Below, piece after piece: positions 9,110 through 20,000 of a stretch of 64,000 bases of DNA; the stretch's first letter is position 1; the number at the start of each line of letters is the position of its first letter. The stretch covers positions 52,265 through 116,264 of the forward strand of contig DAOUIY010000067.1 in NCBI GenBank assembly GCA_034423215.1. Direction: 5' to 3'. The notes below the pieces were generated by a model. The model saw only the letters and a list, made by a program, of their open reading frames with translations. It was not told the origin of the DNA and searched no databases. The position numbers and the translations under genes were made by a program. Source of the stretch: Dehalococcoidia bacterium. GTDB lineage: Bacteria; Chloroflexota; Dehalococcoidia; Lucifugimonadales; UBA3495.

Positions 9110-10129
9110 ATGAAGCTGGTCACCTATAACACCGGAACCGGACCTCGCTGCGGCGTGCTGCAGGATGATTCGGTAATTGACGTAACCGCCCTGGTGGGCT
9201 GGTCCCAACCGCTGCGCGACGTGCAGGCCCTGCTGGAGACGGGCGACGATGCGCTGGAACGGGTACGCGCCGCCCTGCAGGACGGCAACTCCTCTGCGCC
9301 CGTTTTTGCCCTGGAAGACGTTCAACTCCAGTCCCCCATCCTGCGGCCGCCAACCATCCGGGACTTCATGATTTTCGAGGAGCACGCTACCCAGCAGGGC
9401 ACCCGCGAACGGGAAGAGGCCTGGTACCGGATGCCAATTTTCTATTTCTCCAACCCGCTTTGCGTTTACGGCCCCGGGGACACCGTGCCGCATCCCTCGG
9501 CCTCAAACATGCTGGACTATGAGCTGGAGATTGGCTGCGTAATCGGCAAAGAGGGTACCAACGTATCCGAAGCGGACGCGCTGGACTACATAGCGGGCTT
9601 CCTCATCTTCAACGACTGGAGCGCGCGCGACTTGCAGCGGGACGAGAGCGCGGTGGGCCTGGGCCCCGCCAAGGGCAAGGACGGCGCATCCTCCCTGGGC
9701 CCCTGCCTGGTAACCACCGACGAACTGGCCCCACTCATCCGCGACGGTCGCCTGCACGTCAAATGCACCGGGCGGGTCAACGGGGTCCCCTGGGTGGAGG
9801 ACAGCGACGGCAGCCTGTCATACCATACCTGGGGCGCCATGGTGGAGCGGGCCGCCAAGGACAGCCGCATCGCGGTGGGCGACGTGCTGGGCTGCGGCAC
9901 CGTGGGCGGCGGTTCCATCGGCGAGGCCATCCGCAAGGGCTACGAAGCTCGCTGGCTTCAGCCCGGCGATGTGGTGGAATTCGAGGTTGAAGGGCTCGGC
10001 ACCCTTAGCAACACCGTGGGCCCCAAGGTGAACGAAGACCCCGGCTACCGCTACGGGGTTGGCATCGAAATCGAGGCGCCCGTCCCCGGCGTGGCTACCG
10101 GCTACGTTTACGAATTGAAACCGCGTTAA
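9110..10129 (+). CDS. Fumarylacetoacetate hydrolase family protein
   Basis: IRDFMIFEEH, LDYELEIG, NDWSARDLQ, AKGKD, GDVLGCGT, LQPGDVVE. Confidence 0.92.
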   Translation: MKLVTYNTGTGPRCGVLQDDSVIDVTALVGWSQPLRDVQALLETGDDALERVRAALQDGNSSAPVFALEDVQLQSPILRPPTIRDFMIFEEHATQQGTREREEAWYRMPIFYFSNPLCVYGPGDTVPHPSASNMLDYELEIGCVIGKEGTNVSEADALDYIAGFLIFNDWSARDLQRDESAVGLGPAKGKDGASSLGPCLVTTDELAPLIRDGRLHVKCTGRVNGVPWVEDSDGSLSYHTWGAMVERAAKDSRIAVGDVLGCGTVGGGSIGEAIRKGYEARWLQPGDVVEFEVEGLGTLSNTVGPKVNEDPGYRYGVGIEIEAPVPGVATGYVYELKPR

Positions 10130-10219
10130 GGGGACAAGTCGGAAACTGGCGGGAAAAGGCCGGAACAAGCGAGTCCAACACCGCCCGGCGGCCGCCGGGC
10201 GCAACAAGGAGCAGACAAT

Positions 10220-10882
10220 ATGCCAAACAAGAAGGGCACCGGGTTGTTGATGGTATGGGCCGACGTGCCAGCGGACAAGGAGGAAGACTTCAACGCCTGG
10301 TACAACGAGGAACACATACCGGAGTTGCTGGCTATCCCCGGCATACTTAACGCCGCCCGCTACGAGGCGGTGAAGAGCGGGCCCAAGCATCTGGCCTGCT
10401 ACGAACTGGAGAGCCCGGCGGTGGTGGAGTCCGACGCTTTCAAGAACCGCCCGCCGCGCTCGGAGTGGGCCAATCGGGCCTCAGGGCCGGCCATTGCCAC
10501 CACCCTGATCAGCAATGTTTACCAGATGATCCACCCCACCGAGTTGACGGCTGAAATAGCCGGCAGCGACATGGCGCCGGCTCTGCAGATTGGCCGCATG
10601 GACGTGGCGCCTGCAAACGACGAAGAGTGGAACCAATGGTACAGCGGCATCTACGTGCCCAACTACGAAAAAGTGGCCGGGGTCATCCGGGGCCGCCGGT
10701 ACAAGTCCGTCAGGGGCACGCCCATGTACGCCACGGTCTATGAATTCGAGCACGAGTTGGTATCGGAAAGCGATGAGTGGGCGCGGCAGCGGGACATAGA
10801 TCCTTCCACCGAGCGCATTCGGCCCATGATGACCCACGCCACGGGTTCACCGGGGGTTTGGAAGAAGACCTTCCAGGTTTAG
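10220..10882 (+). CDS. Tandem dimeric alpha-beta-barrel (DUF4286/EthD-like) protein
   Basis: Two repeats: EEDFNAWYNEEHIPELLAIPG..AARY and DEEWNQWYSGIYVPNYEKVAG..GRRY. Confidence 0.7.
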   Translation: MPNKKGTGLLMVWADVPADKEEDFNAWYNEEHIPELLAIPGILNAARYEAVKSGPKHLACYELESPAVVESDAFKNRPPRSEWANRASGPAIATTLISNVYQMIHPTELTAEIAGSDMAPALQIGRMDVAPANDEEWNQWYSGIYVPNYEKVAGVIRGRRYKSVRGTPMYATVYEFEHELVSESDEWARQRDIDPSTERIRPMMTHATGSPGVWKKTFQV

Positions 10883-11042
10883 CGCAAGCCTGCCGGCCGG
10901 CAGCGCCCAAACCGGGAGCCAGGAATTGCCCGTGGGGCCGCTTGCGGATTGGTTCCTGCGCCAGCCCAATGGCGTACCCGCGAGGCCACCCGAACAGGTA
11001 CGCAGCCAGGATGGTGGCCAAGCCGGCAACAGTCAACCAACC

Positions 11043-11112
11043 CCGCTCATCCCGAGCCTGTCGAAGGCTATCTTAGTACCACGAAGTGGTTCGACAGGCT
11101 CACCATGAGCGG
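11043..11112. repeat. REP/MITE-like element, family B
   Basis: CCGCTCATCCCGAGCCTGTCGAAG...TTCGACAGGCTCACCATGAGCGG. Confidence 0.75.
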
Positions 11113-11174
11113 TTGCCGGAGTGCTCTGCAGCCGCCCCGGTGTAAGCCCCAGGGCAATCCCAGCATGTAGAATT

Positions 11175-11306
11175 GTCATGCTGAGCGTAGCCGAAGCATC
11201 TAACCTCCTACCCAGCAGCCTGGTTTTGGTCTCGGGGTTTTAGCTTCCGGGTCATCGTTTCCTGCCAGGATTTTTGGGCCCTTCAGCAAGCTCAGGGCGG
11301 CATGAC
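11175..11306. repeat. Longer family-B element (GTCATGCTGAGC..GAAGCATCT ... CCCTTC.GCAAGCTCAGGG..ATGAC)
   Basis: Shares arms and internal sequence (CTCCTACCC.GCAGCC; CCTGCCAGGA) with 43138-43252. Confidence 0.75.
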
Positions 11307-11553
11307 TTCCAGCTCAGATGTACAGCGTAACCTAATACGCAATCGCCCTGGTCAAAGCTGCATATTTCAACTCCGGCGTGAGCAGAATCTGTTAAACTTG
11401 ATGGTGCAGGTTTTGGTTTGGCGGTTCGACCTATTCGAAGCATGAATCTTGAAAGGTAACGCAAATACCGCCGCCGGTTCCGTTCCCGGATTTCCATTCT
11501 TGACCGCTGAATTTCTCGTGACAACCCGTGTCGAAGAGTGAAGGAAACCCCGC

Positions 11554-12135
11554 TTGTTAATCACCAGACTGCTCCCCTTTTTCCTCGTCGTAGCCGCGCC
11601 CATCCTGTTGCTTTCCAGCGCCGGACCCCTGTTTGCCCAGGACGGCGGACAGGGTGGGGACACCACGGGTCCGGTGCGGATAGACCGGCAAGTAACGGTG
11701 GGGGCGTACCAGATATTCGTGGAGGCCGAGGCATCCAATTTGTCGCTGGGCACGGCCCTGATCAGCGTGGCCGTGCTGGAAAGCGAAAGCGGCGAACCGG
11801 TACCGGGAGCCCACGTGGTGATACATACCCGCCACGCCACTACCGACGAGACGGGCTGGGCCACCGCCCTTCCCGTACCCGAGCGGCCCGAAATTTACCG
11901 GGCCCGCATGAAACTGGACCACCCGGGCCGGTGGGCGGTCAACGTCGAGGTTGACGGCTCCATGGGACGGGTGGAAACCAGAGTCGGTACGGTCACCATA
12001 CCGGAACCGCGCCAATACTGGGTAGGCTCGCTGGTGTTCGCCGGAATGTCCGTCATTCTCTTCTCCGGGGCGGCCTACGTTATCTGGAGCATTCGCCGGG
12101 CCCAGAAGCGGCGGGAGGCGGCTAATGCTGCCTGA
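11554..12135 (+). CDS. Exported YtkA/FixH-like Ig-fold protein with C-terminal TM anchor
   Basis: Signal peptide; EPVPGAHV, PERPEIYRARMKLDHPGRWAVNVEV typical of YtkA/FixH; upstream of ctaG. Confidence 0.55.
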   Translation: MLITRLLPFFLVVAAPILLLSSAGPLFAQDGGQGGDTTGPVRIDRQVTVGAYQIFVEAEASNLSLGTALISVAVLESESGEPVPGAHVVIHTRHATTDETGWATALPVPERPEIYRARMKLDHPGRWAVNVEVDGSMGRVETRVGTVTIPEPRQYWVGSLVFAGMSVILFSGAAYVIWSIRRAQKRREAANAA

Positions 12136-13261
12136 CCACACCCACGGCCGAGACCCAGCCCACCGCAGTGGTTCGGGTAACAGTAACAATAGAGATCCGG
12201 GTCGCAGCCCCGGCCGTGAGGGCGATGGCGCGGCGCGGGGCAGCGGCGGCTCAACTTCCAGGGCGCCTTTTCTTCAGAGCATGGGCCCCAAGGCGTGGAC
12301 GCTGGCGGTCCTCTTTGTCCTAGGAGCCTGGCAACTGATTGCGCAGCCGGCAACGGCCCACGCCCACGGAGGCGTCGCGCCGGGAGACAACATCTGGCTG
12401 GCCTGGAATACCAGCAATCCCCTGCCCACCCTCATCCTCTTCATTGTCGCTTTTCTTTACGTAAACGGCCTGGGCAAATGGGAGCGGCCCAGCCATCCCA
12501 TTACGGTCTGGCACAAGATTTCCTTCTTCTCCGGGCTGTTCGTCATTTTCCTCGCCCTGCAGTCGCCCATAGACCCCCTGGCCGAGCATTACTTTTTCAT
12601 TCACCAGGTCCAGCACCTGATGATACGGATGCTGGGTCCGATGCTGGTGCTGCTGGGGGCGCCGCTTACGCCCATGTTGCGGGGATTGCCCCTGTGGCTG
12701 CTGCAGGGCGTGGTCCGCGCCATGGCCGGAAATCCTGTCGTCAGGAGGGCCTACCACCACCTGACCAATCCGGTGGCTGCGGTGGCGATATTCATCGCGG
12801 CACTGTACCTCTGGCAAATCCCCTTCCTGCACGACACGGCGGTCCGCAACGGCTACGTTCACGAGTTAATGCACGGCACCATGCTGTTTTCGGGCTTCCT
12901 CTTCTGGTGGCTGGTAATAGACCCCAAGCCCCACCGGTCCCGCCTGCACTACGGTCTGCGAGTCCTGTACCTGGGGCTGATTGTTCTGCCCAACACGGTG
13001 TTGGGCGCGGGAATAACCTTCTCCCGGGGATTACTCTACCAGTCCTACGGCGAGGTGGAGCAGCCCTTCATCCTGAGCGGGCTCATTGACCAGCAGCTGG
13101 GAGGGCTGTTCCTGTGGGTGGTGGGGGATATGATGAGCATTATCGCCGCCGGTATCGTGATGATAATGTGGTACCAGCAGGAGCAGGAGAAAGAAAGGCT
13201 GGAAGCGGCTCAACGGGCAGCACAAAGGGCAGCCCAAAGTGAAGGCCAGGGCGACCCATGA
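12125..13261 (+). CDS. ctaG: Cytochrome c oxidase assembly factor, caa3_CtaG family
   Basis: SPIDPLAEHYFFIHQVQHLMI, LYLWQIPFLHD, HELMH, DQQLGGLFLWVVG; alternative start at 12281. Confidence 0.88.
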   Translation: MLPDHTHGRDPAHRSGSGNSNNRDPGRSPGREGDGAARGSGGSTSRAPFLQSMGPKAWTLAVLFVLGAWQLIAQPATAHAHGGVAPGDNIWLAWNTSNPLPTLILFIVAFLYVNGLGKWERPSHPITVWHKISFFSGLFVIFLALQSPIDPLAEHYFFIHQVQHLMIRMLGPMLVLLGAPLTPMLRGLPLWLLQGVVRAMAGNPVVRRAYHHLTNPVAAVAIFIAALYLWQIPFLHDTAVRNGYVHELMHGTMLFSGFLFWWLVIDPKPHRSRLHYGLRVLYLGLIVLPNTVLGAGITFSRGLLYQSYGEVEQPFILSGLIDQQLGGLFLWVVGDMMSIIAAGIVMIMWYQQEQEKERLEAAQRAAQRAAQSEGQGDP

Positions 13262-13530
13262 AGCTTGCCGGCCAGTCGGGCCGGCTTGACCTGGCGCCGG
13301 CCCGCCCCGCCCATTGGTGTGCTTCCAGGGTTAGCAGCGCTTCCGGGGCTGGCGCTAAGAGAAGAGACGGGCGCTGCCCTTACGTTAGGGGCCAGGACAT
13401 CACACCATAGAACCGGTGGGCAAAGTGCGCCGCGCCAACCACTTGACGCGGTACGCAATAATCTGTACACAAGTTCCCGTAAAACCACTGCCCCAAATCT
13501 GCAATCAGCCGGAAATTAATTGGGCTTTTG

Positions 13531-16500
13531 ATGAACTGGATCGGCTCCCTATTCTGGCTTCTGCCCAGGCGCCTGCGATGGTCGTGGGGCCTGCTGCTGG
13601 TGACCGGCTTCGGAGTGCTGGCGGCGGTGACCATCATGTCCGTTGGCGCCGTTTACACCCGTGCCCTGGCCGAAGCCGGGCTGCAGCACAGCCTGGCCTC
13701 CACCAACCCGGCCATACTCAACACCCACATCATCGCCCAGAACCGTCCCCTTGGCCCGGCGGACTATAGCTCGCTGCGGGACACCATGGATGAAATAGCC
13801 AGGCAGCGGCTGGGCTTCATGCTGCGGGACACCCAGCGATACGGACGGGCCCAACCCGACCTGCTCCTGGTCCAGGAACCCTTCCAGGCTTCCCAGGTGC
13901 TGGGCGCCCCGGCGGCGCGGCCCTTTTTCCTCACCGACTTTGAAGAGCACGTCCGGGTGGTCGAAGGCCGGTGGCCCACTCCCACGCCCGCCGAGGACGA
14001 GGGCAGGCTTTCCATTGAGGTAGCCGTGGGGCCGGACACTGCCAGCGTCATGTTCTGGGAAATTGGCTCGGAAGCGGTCATTCTCCCCTACCGTTCAGAC
14101 CTGGACGAGCAGATACACATGACGGTAGTCGGCATCATGGAACCGGTGGACACCACCGAAGAGTATTGGATGGGTTTCCGCGACTACTTCGGGCCGCAGG
14201 AAGTGGGGGAAGTGGTGCTGATGCCCATGTACCTGCCGGAGGAGCTTTTCTTTAACGGCCTGGGCGCCCGCTACCCGACCCTGGTGGGAGACTTCGGCTG
14301 GTACTTGTACCTGGATACCGACGTGCTGAACGCTGACCTGGTAGCCCCGACCCGCCAGGCCTTCAACCAACTGGAAACCGACATAAACAAGCAGGTGCCC
14401 CGTTCCCTCATCCTGACCAGGCTGGAAAACAGCCGCGATACCGGGCTCTTGGCCCAGTACCAGCGGTCCCTCACCCGCGCACGCGCTCCCATCTACCTCT
14501 ATATCTCCCTGGCCTTGGTGGTCATTCTCTACTTTTTGACCGTGGTGACGGGGCTGCTGGTAGCGACTCGCAGCGAGGAGGCGGGGTTGCTCCGGAGCCG
14601 GGGAGCCAGCATGCTCCAGGTCGGCGCCGTCATAACCCTGGCCGAGGCCCTTATCGTTGTCGTCTCAACCGTTGTGGGGCCTTTCCTGGCTCTGCTCCTG
14701 TTCCGGCTGCTGCTGTTTGACACCATAGACCCCAAGGGCGGCACCGAGGTACTGGAGATAGGGCTACGGGCCGACATGTTCATTTTCGGCGCCGTGGGCG
14801 GGCTGATGAGCCTGGCGGTGCTTCTGGCCGCCAACTTTAACCTGACCCGCCTCGGGTTGCTGGACTTTCTGAGGGAAAGGGCCAGACCGCCGGCCGTGCC
14901 TTTCCTGCAGCGTTATTATGTTGACCTGCTGGTGGTTGCCGCCCTGGGGCTGGTATGGTGGCAGGTGGAGCAGCGGGGGGGCTTTCTTGAACGAACTCTA
15001 ACCACCGGACGGGCCCAACTGGACCCGAGCCTCCTGCTGGCGCCGTCGCTGGCCCTGTTGACGGCGGCATTCCTGGTACTGCGGCTCCTTCCCCTGGTGG
15101 TAAGAGTCCTGGCGTGGCTGGCCCGCTGGGCGGCGCCGGCGTGGGCCGCCTTTGCCCTGGCCCGGGTGGCCCGGGACCCGCTTCCCTATGGTTCGCTGAT
15201 AGTTATTGTGATGCTGTCCGCGGCGCTGGGCGTTTTTGGCGCTTCCTTCCAGTCCACGCTGGAGCGCAGCCAGCGGGAGCAGGCCCTTTACCGCACCGGC
15301 GGCGACATGGTGGTAAGCGTGATAGCTCCCACGGGCGATACCCAGGCCAACATTGCCGCCCTGCCTGCGGTGCACTCCTTTACGCCGGTAGAGCGGGAGT
15401 CGGTGACTTTGCTGGACACCAGGCCCGGCTCTTCGGCCACCCTTCTCGCCATTGACCCGGTAACCCTGGTGGACGTTGCCTGGTATCGTGAGGACTTTTC
15501 GCCCACGGGCAAGACCCTGTCGGGCCTGTTGACGCCCCTGAGGCGGGGCCAGTCGCGGCTGCCCGACCTCAGCGGCAATCTGCCTACCGGTATTCCCATT
15601 CCTGAAGAGGCCGAGAGCATCGGCCTGTGGGTGAACACCGAGAGCATTGCCGACAGCGCAGTCCAGCAGAGCCTGAGCCTGTGGGTGCGGCTGGTAGATG
15701 CCGATGGCAGCCACTTCAACCTGGACATGGGGGACATCGAACTCTCCCCGGGAGGCTTGCGGAACCCCGTGCCAGGCGGCGCAACCCAACCGGCCCAGGC
15801 CGGGTCGGCCAACCCGGGCCAGGAGGACGGGGGCGAACCGGACACGGAAGGACAAGGCGCGGCAGAGTCAGACCCGGCGTGGCGCTATTTCGAGGCCCCC
15901 ATTCCGGTGGAAAAGTACTGGCTGGACCTCCCTCACAGCGTTGTAGCGGTCTTTTTTGTGGGTCGGTCCCTTTACCGTATGCCGCCAGGCTCCGTTGACG
16001 TGGACGATGTCACCGTCAAGCTGAAGTCACCCGGCTCCGCCGCCTCAGCGGAACCAGACTTGCAGGTAATCGAGGACTTCGAGGATATAGGCCGGTGGGT
16101 CGCCCTTCCTCACGACGGCGATACGTCGGACCGGGCGGGCGTCTCCCGCCGGGCGGGGCGGGGCGACGGGCAGGGCATGGAGTTCACCTGGCAGGACCCA
16201 CTGCTGCAGGCGCCCCGGGGCTTCTTCATTCCCCCCGGAGACTTTCCCCTGGCAGCCGTGGGCAGCCCTTCCCTGGCCGGACCGGGCGCCTTGAGGGTCA
16301 ACCTGGGCCGGCAATTGGTGCCGCTGCTGGTGCATGACACGGTCCTTCACTTTCCCACCATCTCCGAGAGAAACAAGCCCTTCCTGATAGTGTCGCTGGA
16401 GTCCCTCCAGGACTATACCAGCCGAATTCCCAGGGGCATCCCCATTCCCCCTCGGCAATACTGGCTGGCCCTGGAATCGGGCGCCGACCGGGAGCAGGCA

Positions 16501-17019
16501 GTCCGCTCCATTCGCGAGGCCACTTCCGTTTCGGCCAATATAATAGACCGGGCCGGCCTGGTGGACCGTGCGGAGAGAGACCCCCTGGCCGGCGGAGGAT
16601 GGAACGGGCTGACCCTCCTGGGCCTGGGTACTCTCACCATCGTGGTCACTCTTACCCTGGCTACCCACGCCCTGGTGGCCGTCCGGTCCGCCCGGGTTGA
16701 CCTTACGGTAGTCCGCGCCCTGGGGTTGTCCCAACGCCAGGTGCTGGGGATGCTGGTGCTGGAGCGGGTCCTGGTGGCGGTCCTGGGACTGGTTGCAGGG
16801 ACGGTGATAGGCTATTTCCTGGGCCGCTGGACCCTGGGGTTCCTGGAAATCTCCGCCAGCGGCATCCCGATAATTCCTCCCATGATACAGACGGCCCAGC
16901 CCTGGCTCATTGCCCTGATTATCGTGAACCTGGCAATCGCGACAGTCCTGGGCACGGTGGTGGCCGTGCTGGCGGCGGTAAGGCTAAAGCCCTCTGATAT
17001 ACTGCGAAACAGCGGGTAG
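13531..17019 (+). CDS. Large MacB/FtsX-type ABC permease (two FtsX modules)
   Basis: About 1160 aa; RSEEAGLLRSRGAS and RVDLTVVRALGLS FtsX signatures; large extracytoplasmic domains. Confidence 0.88.
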   Translation: MNWIGSLFWLLPRRLRWSWGLLLVTGFGVLAAVTIMSVGAVYTRALAEAGLQHSLASTNPAILNTHIIAQNRPLGPADYSSLRDTMDEIARQRLGFMLRDTQRYGRAQPDLLLVQEPFQASQVLGAPAARPFFLTDFEEHVRVVEGRWPTPTPAEDEGRLSIEVAVGPDTASVMFWEIGSEAVILPYRSDLDEQIHMTVVGIMEPVDTTEEYWMGFRDYFGPQEVGEVVLMPMYLPEELFFNGLGARYPTLVGDFGWYLYLDTDVLNADLVAPTRQAFNQLETDINKQVPRSLILTRLENSRDTGLLAQYQRSLTRARAPIYLYISLALVVILYFLTVVTGLLVATRSEEAGLLRSRGASMLQVGAVITLAEALIVVVSTVVGPFLALLLFRLLLFDTIDPKGGTEVLEIGLRADMFIFGAVGGLMSLAVLLAANFNLTRLGLLDFLRERARPPAVPFLQRYYVDLLVVAALGLVWWQVEQRGGFLERTLTTGRAQLDPSLLLAPSLALLTAAFLVLRLLPLVVRVLAWLARWAAPAWAAFALARVARDPLPYGSLIVIVMLSAALGVFGASFQSTLERSQREQALYRTGGDMVVSVIAPTGDTQANIAALPAVHSFTPVERESVTLLDTRPGSSATLLAIDPVTLVDVAWYREDFSPTGKTLSGLLTPLRRGQSRLPDLSGNLPTGIPIPEEAESIGLWVNTESIADSAVQQSLSLWVRLVDADGSHFNLDMGDIELSPGGLRNPVPGGATQPAQAGSANPGQEDGGEPDTEGQGAAESDPAWRYFEAPIPVEKYWLDLPHSVVAVFFVGRSLYRMPPGSVDVDDVTVKLKSPGSAASAEPDLQVIEDFEDIGRWVALPHDGDTSDRAGVSRRAGRGDGQGMEFTWQDPLLQAPRGFFIPPGDFPLAAVGSPSLAGPGALRVNLGRQLVPLLVHDTVLHFPTISERNKPFLIVSLESLQDYTSRIPRGIPIPPRQYWLALESGADREQAVRSIREATSVSANIIDRAGLVDRAERDPLAGGGWNGLTLLGLGTLTIVVTLTLATHALVAVRSARVDLTVVRALGLSQRQVLGMLVLERVLVAVLGLVAGTVIGYFLGRWTLGFLEISASGIPIIPPMIQTAQPWLIALIIVNLAIATVLGTVVAVLAAVRLKPSDILRNSG

Positions 17020-17043
17020 GGCGAGGAGAAGCGACCGGCAACC

Positions 17044-20000
17044 ATGTCATTTTTGCAGTTGGCATACGTCATGGCCCGCAGGAGAATTGCCACTGCATGG
17101 CGGCTGGAGCTTGTCCTTTTTCTCGGCATTCTCCTGTCGGTAGCCCTGCTGTCCAGCAGCGTGGTCTTTTCCGACCTGCTGGCCGAAGCGGCGCTGCGCC
17201 GTGCCCTGCGGGAGGCCGCCGCAGAAGACGTTAACTTCTGGGTCCGCATCTTCCAGAACCTGGAAGAGCCGGCCACCGCCGAGCGCCGCGCCTCGGTTTA
17301 CCAGACCAGCCAGGAATTCGTAGAAAGCCGCGTCACCAGTTCCTTTGAGCCCTACGTGGAGAACCACGCCCGCCTACTGGAAACCTCCACCTTTTTCTTC
17401 ACCGGAGACCCGCGCTTCAACGTGGAGCGGGACGCCAGGCCCAGGGGCCGCATCCAGTACATGACCGGCCTGTTTGAACCGGACCGCAGCCGGCTGTTGC
17501 AGGGAAGCTGGCCCGCGGACTCCCCGGCCATTTCCGACGCGCCTGTGCCGGTTGCCATAGAGCGCGTCGGGGCAGACCTGTTGGACTTCCGGCTGGGCCA
17601 ACGGTTCCAGGTGCATCCCGCCTCGGGCGACCGGGAAGAGGAACTGCTTGACGTAGAAATAGTCGGCATATTCGAGCGAAACGACCCCTCGAACGATTTC
17701 TGGTACGGGCGGGAGCATAACTTCAGCAACCACAACGGGGAATGGCCCACGGTGCCCCTGTTCGTCACCGAAGGGACCATTCTCCAGCGAGTGGCCACCG
17801 AGTACCCAGGCATCTACTCCAACGCCACCTGGCTTTACGACCTGGACCGCCAGGGGTTCGGTTTTGAAGAAGTGGAGGAAGTCCAGTACCGCATTCGCCT
17901 GATGCGGCATGAAGTGGCTACGGCCCTGGACAACTCCTCTGTTTCCATCAAGCTGGACCGGCTGCTGGAGGATTACTCCGAACAGTTGGTGCTGTCCCGA
18001 ATCCCGCTCTTTTTGATGGTGTTCCTGGTAGTGGGCATTCTCGCCTATTACCTGGCCCTGGTTTCGGCCCTCACCATACGGTCGCGCAGCGCCGAGATTG
18101 CCCTGCTGAAGAGCCGGGGAGCCACCACCCCGCAGGTGGGCCTGATGGTCTTCGTGGAGGGACTGCTGCTGGCCGCCCCGGCGGTGGCCATAGGCACCCT
18201 GCTGGCCGCCCCGGTAGCCGGCGTACTGGGCAGCCTTTTCTTCGACGTGGAAAGGGATGGCATCTTAATCGCGCTGTCCGACCGGGCATTTCTGCTGGGG
18301 GCGGCCGGGGCGCTGCTCTCCGTGGTTGTGCTCACCCTCTCCACGCTGGTGGCCGCCCGCCAGGGCATAGTAGAATTCCGCCAGACCGGGGCCAGGCCGG
18401 CCCGCGCTCCCCTGCTGCACCGCTACTACCTGGATTTCCTGCTCCTGGCCCTTATCGGCATCATCTGGTGGCAGATTCAGAGCCGGGACAGCTTTCTGTT
18501 GCGCCCCGTCGGGCGGGGCGCGCTGGAGATTGACTTCACGCTGTTGCTGGGGCCCGTCCTCGGGCTGCTGGCCCTGGGACTGGTGGTGCTTCGCTTCTTT
18601 CCCCTGGCAGTGGCGCTGCTGGCCCGCCTGGCAGAACCGGTGGGGCCCGTCTGGCTGGTGCAGGGTTTGCGCCGGGTGGGGCGGGACCCCATTGCGCCGG
18701 GCAGCCTGGTGGTCTTGTTGATGCTGGCCACTGCCCTGGGCGTCATCGGCAGCGCCTTCGGCTCCACCCTAGAGCGGAGCCAGGAGGACCGGGCCTGGTA
18801 CCAGGTAGGGGCGGATTTGCGGGTGGAACACAACGGGAACAGGAAACCGGTCACTTTCCAGGGGCTTGGCGAACAGCTTGAGGGCAGCGTGGCCGGCCTC
18901 CGGGTGGCAGAGGCTACCCGGCTGAACGGCAACCTGCTTACCCAGGGATTCAGCAGCGAACGGTTTGCCCTGCTGGCCGTTGACAGCAGGGAGTTCGGCC
19001 AGGTCGCCTGGTTCAGGCCGGATTTTGCCGATGGCAGGTCTCTTCCCTTCCTGATGCGCTCCATTGCCCCGCCGGCCCGCCTCTCGGAAGAGCGACAACT
19101 GGGCGAGGTGCAAATCCACGAGTCCCTGCTGGCCGGCGGCAGCCCGGGAATAGAACTGCCGCCCGATGCCACCGGCCTGGCGCTCTGGGTAAATCCCGGT
19201 CAACCGGGCGCGCGGCTGGCCATGGGAGCCCGGATTCGGGACGCCACGGGCTATACCTTTGACACTCTTATCGGCGAGCCGGGCGACTCTGGCTGGCAAC
19301 GCATATCCGGTGAACTCGCTTCCCGTCCCCGCCGGGGCGGCGGCGAACCCCATCCGGTTACGCCGCCCTTCACCCTGATAAACCTCCAGGTTACCAGCCG
19401 CCTGGGGCTGAACGACCCGGGGGTCATGTTCCTGGACGAACTCTCGGCCATTACCCCCGATGGTGAAGAGGTTGTGTCCGATTTCCAGGACCCGGAGGAC
19501 TGGCAGGTGGTCGAGGACTTTGCCCGGCCGGGTCTGTACGCCCTGGAAAGCAGCAGGGCGGTCACTCGGCAGGGACGGAGCGTGTCGCTGGCCTACAGTT
19601 GGGCGCCCGGCGGAACGGGCCTGCGGGGCTTGCGGCCGGGAGGGCCCACGGCGCCGGCGCCGGCCATCGTTTCGCCGGACGTCCTGGAACTGGCCGACAT
19701 TGAGGTGGGCGAGGTTATCAACATCAGCGCCACCAGCTTTGCCCTGCCCGTCCGGGTGGTGGCGGTGGCCGACTATTTCCCCACCCTTGACCCCAGGGAA
19801 CAGCCCTTCATGGTACTGGACCTGGAAACCTTCAACCTCTTCGCCGACCGCCAGGCCCGCCGGCCCGGCTCGGGCCCCAACGAGGTTTGGGCCGCCGCGC
19901 CGGATGCCGGAGCGGCGCTCACCGCAATAACGGCGGCGCTGGACCAGCTGGAATTGAACCGGGAAGAGAGCCTACTGGCCGAAGAGGAGGTGCGCCGGAG

